From the IMG/VR virus record IMGVR_UViG_3300020460_000024, positions 1 to 41,915 of that record: 41,915 bases of DNA; one strand, 5' to 3'. How positions within the stretch are numbered: the stretch's first letter is position 1; each line of letters starts with the position of its first letter. Under the pieces are notes generated by a model. The model was not told where the DNA came from. It searched no databases and saw only the letters and a program-made list of their open reading frames with translations. The translations under genes and the position numbers were made by a program. This document shows positions 35,408-41,915 of this stretch, piece by piece. Origin of the DNA: a virus. Its lineage: Duplodnaviria; Caudoviricetes.

Positions 35408-35648
35408 TGGATTTGGCAGGGTTACTATTATGATTTTTGAGTCTCCTTTCGACAGCATCCGCGTAGGATTCTTTTTTGGCTGCTTTCTTGGCTGCTTTCT
35501 TGGCTGCTTTCTTGGCTGCTTTCTTTTTTGCCGAATGTCCGTAGCCTTTTTTCTTTAGAGACAAGTGCTGCTCATACGTTTTGGCAGACACGGCTTCACC
35601 CGTTTTAGGGTGGTACATTTTGTGGGGTTTGAAGTCTTTTTTATTCAT
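35397..35648 (-). CDS. small basic protein with histone-H1-like (KKAA)n tract
   Basis: FKPHKMYHPKTG...HLSLKKKGYGH followed by AKKKAAKKAAKKAAKKAAKK and SYADAVERRL. Confidence 0.75.
   Translation of the reverse strand: MNKKDFKPHKMYHPKTGEAVSAKTYEQHLSLKKKGYGHSAKKKAAKKAAKKAAKKAAKKESYADAVERRLKNHNSNPAKSSGY
35476..35523 (-). repeat. 4 x 12-bp perfect tandem repeat encoding (KAAK)4
   Basis: ttggctgctttc x4 on the + strand. Confidence 0.95.
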
Positions 35649-35654
35649 GGCAAG

Positions 35655-36218
35655 TTATTGTAACATACGTTGTTCTACTGCTTCTTCAAAAGAAGGGGTC
35701 TTTTTATTGGCCTCTGATAAAAGAGCCTTAGAGAGGTTTTCCATTCGGGGAGCTACTCCACTTCCAGATTTAACTGCGGCCCGGTACTCATCGTTGTCTA
35801 AAAACTCTTTTGACGCTTTTTCAAACTCACCCTTGCGGATATGTTCAAGCGTCTTGGGAGAACCTGTTATACCGCCCCTGTAAAACGAAGATATAAGCTG
35901 ACGTTGGGTGTTGGGCTGCATATCAAAGAACCCTTTACCAATCAAAGATACTACCTTGGGTAGGCGGTCAGATAACTCCGACTTAGCTAGTTTTATGGCC
36001 GCGTCTCTACTTAAAGTCTTATTATAAAAAGGAGACTTCTTGTAAGCTGCATCAGAACCATCCCCAATAAGATGCCCCACACCAATCGTCCATTTGCCTT
36101 TGGTGTCTTTGTACGCTTCAGGTCGGAACCCTTCGTATGCCAACAAAACATCAAAAGCTTTGTCGATGTTTACTGGAGGTTTATTCGGGCTCGTTAAAGC
36201 CGTTTTCATCTCGGACAT
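35655..36218 (-). CDS. GH24 (T4-type) lysozyme
   Basis: YEGFRPEAYKDTKGKWTIGVGH gives the E-x8-D-x5-T catalytic triad. Confidence 0.85.
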   Translation of the reverse strand: MSEMKTALTSPNKPPVNIDKAFDVLLAYEGFRPEAYKDTKGKWTIGVGHLIGDGSDAAYKKSPFYNKTLSRDAAIKLAKSELSDRLPKVVSLIGKGFFDMQPNTQRQLISSFYRGGITGSPKTLEHIRKGEFEKASKEFLDNDEYRAAVKSGSGVAPRMENLSKALLSEANKKTPSFEEAVEQRMLQ

Positions 36219-36227
36219 AGTATCAGG

Positions 36228-36527
36228 TTATTGTGGGTTAAATCGTTTTAAGAGGCGTTCCCACGCGGGAAAAAATATTTCATCCATGCATCGTACGATG
36301 GCCTCTTCTTCATAGGCTTCACAATACGCGAGACCTGATATTCCTAGGGCCGCATGGATCATCTCATGTCGAATAGTCTCTAGTAGTTCTTTACCTTTGA
36401 GGGTCTTGTCTATTATGATTAGTTTTCGCCTATGGGAGTATATACCGTAACAGTCATCATCGCCCAGATCTCGGAATTTTATCCGAACGCGGATGCCTGC
36501 CATAGTTATGCTCTTGGGGATGTTCAT
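36228..36527 (-). CDS. small HExxH zincin-like metalloprotein
   Basis: YGIYS...IIID...TIRHEMIHA...EEAIV. Confidence 0.7.
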   Translation of the reverse strand: MNIPKSITMAGIRVRIKFRDLGDDDCYGIYSHRRKLIIIDKTLKGKELLETIRHEMIHAALGISGLAYCEAYEEEAIVRCMDEIFFPAWERLLKRFNPQ

Positions 36528-37072
36528 CCATCAACAAACTTTGTTATGGCGCGGGCATAAACACCGGCCAGTTTACCTCGGTTATTATTTATCATCCGCC
36601 ACTCCTCGACGTTTGTTCCAAAAAAGGGTTCTCCAATAACCGCATAACAATGTGTCTCACGTAAAAACGCGGACCCTCTCTGGCGAGACTGCCGTGGTTT
36701 TACTCCACGCGATGCCAAATCAGGATATGCTTCATCCATCTCATCCTTCAGGACCGTGGCGAGTTTCAACCCACCTTTACTAGAGTGCCAATAAAGCCAC
36801 TCATGGCCAGTCGCTGCGGGGCTGGCGGCATTGAAATGAAGCTCAATAGCTGCTTTTACCCCATCGCACTTCATCTTACGCGCCACATTGCGGATAGCAG
36901 AAGAGTAGGTGCTGAATTCATAGTTATCGTAAATCTTGTAATCCACATCGAGAACATGACCAATCCTGCGGGCTAGGTCTCGGTTGAAGTCCCACTCACT
37001 CACTACATATTCACCAGAGCTGTAAGCTCCTTCATCACCTTTGCGGCTATGGCCTACACAAATACCAATCAT
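36524..37072 (-). CDS. N-acetylmuramoyl-L-alanine amidase (Amidase_3-type endolysin)
   Basis: VGHS (His), SEW (Glu), ELHFNA (His), IGEPFF (catalytic Glu). Confidence 0.88.
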   Translation of the reverse strand: MIGICVGHSRKGDEGAYSSGEYVVSEWDFNRDLARRIGHVLDVDYKIYDNYEFSTYSSAIRNVARKMKCDGVKAAIELHFNAASPAATGHEWLYWHSSKGGLKLATVLKDEMDEAYPDLASRGVKPRQSRQRGSAFLRETHCYAVIGEPFFGTNVEEWRMINNNRGKLAGVYARAITKFVDG

Positions 37073-37236
37073 TTTTTAACCAATCTGTATAAGGATGCGA
37101 TTCCAACGGTAATGCCCACAATAAGGGAACCTACTCGGAGCCAATACTCAAACTGTTCCTGCATACTGGTAATCAGCCCCAACATCGGGGCGGTCATTCC
37201 GACTAAAGAATCAACAACCTTGGAATAGTTAATCAT
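37069..37236 (-). CDS. small membrane protein, holin-like (55 aa); not in ORF track
   Basis: MINYSKVVDSLVGMTAPMLGLITSMQEQFEYWLRVGSLIVGITVGIASLYRLVKK; hydrophobic segments, basic tail, ATGA overlap with the amidase. Confidence 0.65.
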   Translation of the reverse strand: MINYSKVVDSLVGMTAPMLGLITSMQEQFEYWLRVGSLIVGITVGIASLYRLVKK

Positions 37237-37534
37237 TGTTCAGGTTTCTCAGGGGGTCACGGTTGTATAGCTTGGCCATGATCTGGTCTACTTGTTGCTC
37301 CAGCTCTCCGATTTTAAGATTCTGCCTCACATCGTCTGGCAAAGACCCACTTCCCCATTTTCCGGCAGGCCAATCACGAACGAAAATTGCATGTTTCTCG
37401 ACGTCCTTCGCCAACATCTGGATCTGGAAGTCGTTATGGGCAACCTTACTTTGCAGGTCACTTGCCCACCAGACAATGCCCGCCGCTTGAACAGCAAGGC
37501 CGACGCCGAGAGAAACTAGAAACTTCGTGTCCAT
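37229..37534 (-). CDS. N-terminally membrane-anchored coiled-coil protein
   Basis: FLVSLGVGLAVQAAGIVWWA transmembrane segment, then helical region. Confidence 0.7.
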   Translation of the reverse strand: MDTKFLVSLGVGLAVQAAGIVWWASDLQSKVAHNDFQIQMLAKDVEKHAIFVRDWPAGKWGSGSLPDDVRQNLKIGELEQQVDQIMAKLYNRDPLRNLNND

Positions 37535-37537
37535 TTA

Positions 37538-38035
37538 TTATTCTGGTTTAAGTGGGCCACTATAGGGTGGGCGGGAAGGGGCCGACCTATATTCCCCTCT
37601 TTCTTTATTCCACTCCAATTTGTAGCCCGCTTTACGTCCGTGTTTAGCTTCTTTCCAGAACGTGGGGTGATCTGGGCTTTTAAGAATAACCCCTGCGCTT
37701 TTCTTCAACAAAGGAGACGCATCAGGATGGTTTTTTACATATTCGGGAACCCGACTCGACCCATGTTTTCTCCAAGTCCCTTTGTTTTTATTCGTCGGGG
37801 GATACCAGACCCACGCTTCAAAGGCTTCCCTGCCCGTCTTAGGATCTTTATAAACAACGATATCCCCTGCGTCCCCATCGTATTTGGGTCGAGATTCTTC
37901 AGGGAGGGGGTCTAGCTTGGCAAGCTCCGAAGACAACCGACGATCATAAAGACCTTTAGGAGCGTATCCTTTCTTGATGCCTTGTCGGGCTTCTTCTAGC
38001 TCCCGTTCGACCGCGTCTGTAAAAGAATCAGGCAT
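37538..38035 (-). CDS. hypothetical protein (165 aa)
   Basis: ATG ORF; GVILKSPDHPTFWK motif; N-terminal SFTDAVEREL. Confidence 0.75.
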   Translation of the reverse strand: MPDSFTDAVERELEEARQGIKKGYAPKGLYDRRLSSELAKLDPLPEESRPKYDGDAGDIVVYKDPKTGREAFEAWVWYPPTNKNKGTWRKHGSSRVPEYVKNHPDASPLLKKSAGVILKSPDHPTFWKEAKHGRKAGYKLEWNKERGEYRSAPSRPPYSGPLKPE

Positions 38036-38316
38036 TACTTCTCCCCGATGATCACAGCACGACGATAACTGTAGTCGCTGTGAAACTTGTGGTCTTTGCG
38101 CCCAACTAGGACGCCTTCCTTGAACTGGTAAGACCGCCCTTCAATCAGCGTCACTGTGGGCGGATCGTATAATGCGCTGGCGTTCGCGCTTGATGCGCTT
38201 TGCGACCCGTTCCATGAGCAACTTACTATGAGGGTCACCAACGGCAGCAAGGCCATCAAGCCTATCTTCGAGAGCGTCGAGATGTCGGTCTCTTTGCAGT
38301 CGCACGTATTCAACAT
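38035..38316 (-). CDS. lipoprotein, o-spanin (Rz1)-like; start uncertain (TTG 38316 or ATG 38256)
   Basis: KIGLMALLPLVTLIVS-C lipobox-like signal; overlaps 38141..38359 in another frame. Confidence 0.55.
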   Translation of the reverse strand: MLNTCDCKETDISTLSKIGLMALLPLVTLIVSCSWNGSQSASSANASALYDPPTVTLIEGRSYQFKEGVLVGRKDHKFHSDYSYRRAVIIGEK

Positions 38317-38359
38317 AGGCTTGAAGGGCAGCAGTTAGCAGTTGGAAGAATGTCTTCAC
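38141..38359 (-). CDS. i-spanin (Rz)-like helical protein
   Basis: Moderately hydrophobic N-terminus then charged helix; GTGA overlap with the holin-like gene; overlaps the lipoprotein ORF. Confidence 0.5.
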   Translation of the reverse strand: MKTFFQLLTAALQAYVEYVRLQRDRHLDALEDRLDGLAAVGDPHSKLLMERVAKRIKRERQRIIRSAHSDAD

Positions 38360-38535
38360 TTAGACTTAGCCTTACCCACGTTGAGGGCGAGCCAGCTAAT
38401 GACGCCTGAGATTCTTTGCACCCATTTGTTATCCGATTCATTCGGAGTCATGGTTGCGACGAGTGAGGCCACCGCGATGACACTGGCTGCGATTTGCAGA
38501 AGTTGCTCTGCGTTTTCAGTAATGTATTCGATCAT
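38356..38535 (-). CDS. holin-like small membrane protein (59 aa); not in ORF track
   Basis: MIEYITENAEQLLQIAASVIAVASLVATMTPNESDNKWVQRISGVISWLALNVGKAKSK; TM-TPxxxD-amphipathic helix with basic tail. Confidence 0.7.
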   Translation of the reverse strand: MIEYITENAEQLLQIAASVIAVASLVATMTPNESDNKWVQRISGVISWLALNVGKAKSK

Positions 38536-38549
38536 TGAATTAGGGGGTG

Positions 38550-39581
38550 TTACATAATGTTAACCGTTCGGTTTCCATCGGCATTGAAAAAGATGGTTGG
38601 CTTAGCCGCGCCGCGATGAGCATCGAGTTGCTCTTCAAGGATCTGTTGGCAAACGGCCCAGTGAAAATTAGACCTTTCGAGATCCGCATTGGTCTCTGCG
38701 GTGGACCCGAGTAGCGCGTGTTTGATTGCGTTAAGACTGGAGATATAGACGGTATCTGTAGAAGACAGGAGCGTTTTGAACTTACGTTTCAGGAGAAGCC
38801 TAAGTTGGACAGTCTTGTCATTGTCATTTGAAATACGGTAACGACGATAGCGAGTGACTTGGTTGGCCTCTTGGAGCCTGCTGGCGGCTACAAGAGTCAC
38901 TTCAGGAGACGAGCCTGTCTCAACCCACAACAACTGGAGAGGCTGGGATAGGCCTAGAGGCCCCACCCTTATTTCGCTGATGCTTGTGATGTCGTTGGCC
39001 GTTGTTGTAAGAAATTCATCACTTGAATCTTCGTTATTACAAGTGAACTTGCCGCCGTTGTTGCCTCCGTTGTCTTCGTCAACATCGGGGTCGGAGGTGT
39101 TCGTGCCATCAGAATAAGTTACATGGACCGTCTCAGTATTCCCATTAGGTAAATTGGTGTCGGGGTTAATTGTTCTTAACCGTAAGCTGTAGGTCTTACC
39201 CGCCACAGGCTCCTCGACGGTGGCTGAGTAGCCGTCGTCTACGATCCCATAAATAGCCAGCGTGTCGTTGTCATCATCCCTTCCAGAAAGTCGGTAATCA
39301 TGGAACTGAGACCTAACAACCTGTGGTGTAGAAAAATCAGTAGAACTTGAATCAAAATCAACGACTGCGTTGATGATGGATTCTGCAGAATCGGGGATTG
39401 TAAAGGAGCTTCCCGTTGTGGTTACAACGTGCTCATAGAGAAGGTCGCGCCACATCCCCATATTATAGAGACGGGGCAAAGCCAGATTCAGTTCTTTTCT
39501 GAATTGGGCGCTAGTGGCACCCCTAGACCCACACACATCAATGAGGGCATCTTCCACACCTTGGACGGTCAGTGTAGCCAT
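38550..39581 (-). CDS. probable virion structural protein (head-tail adaptor / tail tubular-like)
   Basis: Helical N- and C-termini (ELNLALPRL...W; ILEEQLDAHRG) around a beta-rich core, in the late block. Confidence 0.5.
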   Translation of the reverse strand: MATLTVQGVEDALIDVCGSRGATSAQFRKELNLALPRLYNMGMWRDLLYEHVVTTTGSSFTIPDSAESIINAVVDFDSSSTDFSTPQVVRSQFHDYRLSGRDDDNDTLAIYGIVDDGYSATVEEPVAGKTYSLRLRTINPDTNLPNGNTETVHVTYSDGTNTSDPDVDEDNGGNNGGKFTCNNEDSSDEFLTTTANDITSISEIRVGPLGLSQPLQLLWVETGSSPEVTLVAASRLQEANQVTRYRRYRISNDNDKTVQLRLLLKRKFKTLLSSTDTVYISSLNAIKHALLGSTAETNADLERSNFHWAVCQQILEEQLDAHRGAAKPTIFFNADGNRTVNIM

Positions 39582-39586
39582 ATATA

Positions 39587-39615
39587 AACCTAGCAGACAA
39601 GGGGTTGAGGGTCAA
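39587..39615 (-). promoter_or_regulatory. sigma70-like promoter TTGACC-N17-(TGc)TAGGTT, 5 nt before ATG 39581
   Basis: -35 at 39615-39610, extended -10 at 39592-39587; leaderless geometry. Confidence 0.6.
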
Positions 39616-39646
39616 GGTCTGGCCCGTAAGTAGCTACTTCAAGGTA

Positions 39647-40294
39647 TTACGTCCGTGTAGCCAAAACAGTAGACCAATACACATCACTAGATATTTTCTG
39701 CACAACGCGCTGACTATCGTTAACACTGCCAATCTCCAATCTATACCTCCCGTCTGTTTCCTCTGACATTACGGACGTATTGGTCAGACGGTTGTGTGGA
39801 GTGGAATGAGAAACCATAGAGTCCGTATCGTGAAGAGAACCCGCATCCCCTACCTGAACCCACGCGTTTTTAACTTGGGCTGTTGTGTTGTCCCACTCAA
39901 CGTCCCAATACAAATAAACCGTCCCAAAAGAATCTAATTCATGGTAAACAGCGGGGATAGAGTCCCCCGCGACCCCATCTACGTCAGACGACATAGGATT
40001 CCCAGTAGCACTTCCTACGTGGGGGACAATAACTTCATACCCTTTAATGTCCCTATTTTGTCCTACTGCCGTCACTAAAGCACCGCTAGTAAACGTAAAA
40101 TCCAAGCGGTCAAACCTCCACATAAATTGCCCATACGCAATCTTGGCCCCACCATCTCCGTGCATGAGGGCAAATGCGTGGGGGCGGTGCAGGAGCGGGG
40201 GCTCCTCTACATGGTTCTGGGCACTAACGTGGCCCTCACCATAATTAGGGTTGGGCAAAAGTGGGTCGCCCGCGGTGTCTAATACAATAGGCAC
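39647..40294 (-). CDS. probable tail-associated structural protein (215 aa, GTG start)
   Basis: Beta-rich acidic protein co-oriented with late genes. Confidence 0.55.
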   Translation of the reverse strand: MPIVLDTAGDPLLPNPNYGEGHVSAQNHVEEPPLLHRPHAFALMHGDGGAKIAYGQFMWRFDRLDFTFTSGALVTAVGQNRDIKGYEVIVPHVGSATGNPMSSDVDGVAGDSIPAVYHELDSFGTVYLYWDVEWDNTTAQVKNAWVQVGDAGSLHDTDSMVSHSTPHNRLTNTSVMSEETDGRYRLEIGSVNDSQRVVQKISSDVYWSTVLATRT

Positions 40295-40298
40295 AAGA

Positions 40299-41885
40299 TC
40301 AAGGAATCACTCCGGTTACAGTCTCGACAAGATAACCCCCTCTAAATGGGCGCGACGAAGCAGATACATTTACTATATCACCCGAGGCGGGTTGCGCTGT
40401 TGGGGTGCTGCCCTGTTCAAAAAAGTTGTTCGCGTAAGCCCCCATTAAAAAAGTGGGGTGCCCCGTCCCAACCGTATCAATTAAAGTAAAGGGTTTGGTA
40501 AGGACGTTGCTGTAACTCAGGCTGAACAAAGCCCCTGAATAACTGCCACTGCGGGGCTTGAAAGTCGTTATATCACCGAAAGCAGTTAAAGCTGCATCAG
40601 AACCTGTCACCCCCTCGGCGGTCGCGTACCACTGCCGATTAACGGTCATAAGGATTGGTCCTGAAAACGCGTCTTTTTCCAGCGCAGTAACAGAATTATT
40701 CGTAGTCCCGTCGCGGCGGCTTATTAACGTAAATCTAAACCCAATTAACTCTGCGGGGTAAGAATAGTTCTGGTTTGTCGTGTAGGATATCCCATCAAAA
40801 AGATTTTCTCCAACGATCTGCTGCTCAGTTATTTTCCACCAGTCGTTCGATAACCTTTGTACTTCGTAATTATAAGCTCCATCACTGTTATTCTGTTCGG
40901 AATCATTCGTCGTCCCGACAACTTTAATGCCCCAGTTGGTTCGATTAACTGCTTCCGCAGTAGACCAAGTAACATCGCCCGACTTAGTGGGGACCGATGT
41001 CTTCCCAACATAAGCTAGGATCTCTGTCGTTTTTAACTCGTCGTTGAACTCTGCATCAGTGGTAAACGAAACCTTGTCTTCATACTTAAAGTACACCCGC
41101 TGCTCAACCACAAACAATCCATCCAGTTCAGTATCCCCGATGCGCTTCTGCTGTCGCGTCATAAGGATGTAGGTATCTCCAAATTGGGATGAAGGAACAT
41201 CGGGCATTGGGTCGCCCGCTTGGTATTCCGTGTCCGTGTCAAGAAAGTCGGACCGTAGGTTCACATAAGTGCGGATAACTGTGTCGTATTCATTACCGCC
41301 GAGGTCGGCTTGGCTAAACTCAAAGTTATAGTCATCTTGGAACTCTCTCGCCGCCGCGTAATAATATTCAAAGAATAGTCCTTCGGCATCAGCTTGCTTA
41401 ACGTGGCACAGCTTATGGCGCGGAAAGTTTTCCGTGTCTGGGTGGGCCGTGCCGTAGCTAGGATGGGCGAGATAAACCCGTGCGTTGTTGCTTACGTCTA
41501 ACGGAGAAGAAGCGTCAGGTTGTTCACGCACATAAAACGTGAACGTGTCGGCATCAACCTTTGTTATCTTGTGAGTTCCACTCGGGCGAAAATAACCGGA
41601 ATCATTTTCACGGGAACCGAGGCCGTCTATGGTAACAACGTCGCCCGTTATAAATTGATGGGCGGAGGAAGTATTTACAGTGACCGTGAACCCCGCTTTG
41701 TGGGTTCCTGCTGGGACGCTGACGGAAGCAGCCGCCCATGTTGCAGAAGATATGGATACACCAGTTCCTGCCCCAACCGTCTTTGCATCAACCGTCTCAA
41801 AGAACAGCAGGTCCGCTACATTCGGTGAAACGAACGAGAGGACGCTCTGGCGTTCTGGTGCTGGCTGACCGCGTTGGATGGGCAT
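40299..41885 (-). CDS. probable tail/virion protein (528 aa)
   Basis: Thr/Ser/aromatic-rich; VTVNTSSAHQFITGDVVTIDG...THKITKVDADTFTF beta-barrel insert of a kind common in phage tail proteins. Confidence 0.6.
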   Translation of the reverse strand: MPIQRGQPAPERQSVLSFVSPNVADLLFFETVDAKTVGAGTGVSISSATWAAASVSVPAGTHKAGFTVTVNTSSAHQFITGDVVTIDGLGSRENDSGYFRPSGTHKITKVDADTFTFYVREQPDASSPLDVSNNARVYLAHPSYGTAHPDTENFPRHKLCHVKQADAEGLFFEYYYAAAREFQDDYNFEFSQADLGGNEYDTVIRTYVNLRSDFLDTDTEYQAGDPMPDVPSSQFGDTYILMTRQQKRIGDTELDGLFVVEQRVYFKYEDKVSFTTDAEFNDELKTTEILAYVGKTSVPTKSGDVTWSTAEAVNRTNWGIKVVGTTNDSEQNNSDGAYNYEVQRLSNDWWKITEQQIVGENLFDGISYTTNQNYSYPAELIGFRFTLISRRDGTTNNSVTALEKDAFSGPILMTVNRQWYATAEGVTGSDAALTAFGDITTFKPRSGSYSGALFSLSYSNVLTKPFTLIDTVGTGHPTFLMGAYANNFFEQGSTPTAQPASGDIVNVSASSRPFRGGYLVETVTGVIP

Positions 41886-41891
41886 GGTTCA

Positions 41892-41915
41892 CTATTCGGG
41901 GGCAAGGAATTGTTC
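41892..41915 (-). CDS. 3' end of an upstream gene (…EQFLAPE*), truncated by window edge
   Basis: Open frame ends at TAG 41894-41892, 6 nt before the next ATG. Confidence 0.4.
   Translation of the reverse strand, partial: EQFLAPE

Overview
A ~42 kb gene-dense segment of a tailed dsDNA bacteriophage (probably podovirus-like; portal and capsid genes lie outside the window). There are four alternating blocks. (1) 1-7038, + strand, accessory/early genes: MoxR-type AAA+ ATPase, HExxH-metallopeptidase/vWA partner, DenV-like UV glycosylase, Xis-like HTH, many small hypotheticals. (2) 7042-24821, - strand: terminase large subunit followed by three probable internal/ejected virion proteins, including a 4629-aa polyvalent protein with ART-like and zincin domains. 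(3) 24851-34145, + strand, replication: HTH/TerS candidate, RuvC-like resolvase, SF2 helicase, Cas4-like exonuclease, SSB-like protein, family A DNA polymerase (Leu762 type), primase/SF3-like ATPase. (4) 34114-41915, - strand: tail-like genes, a lysis cassette (amidase, GH24 lysozyme, holin-like proteins, spanin-like pair) and small, very basic proteins. The most notable unexplained signals are a pseudoknotted RNA-like leader plus terminator directly upstream of polA, a shared S[FY]xxAVExx[LM]-type peptide tag on three unrelated late proteins, and a 21-bp heptamer-based direct repeat (stops in all three frames) flanking the Xis-like gene. All calls come from motif reading by eye; no database searches were run.
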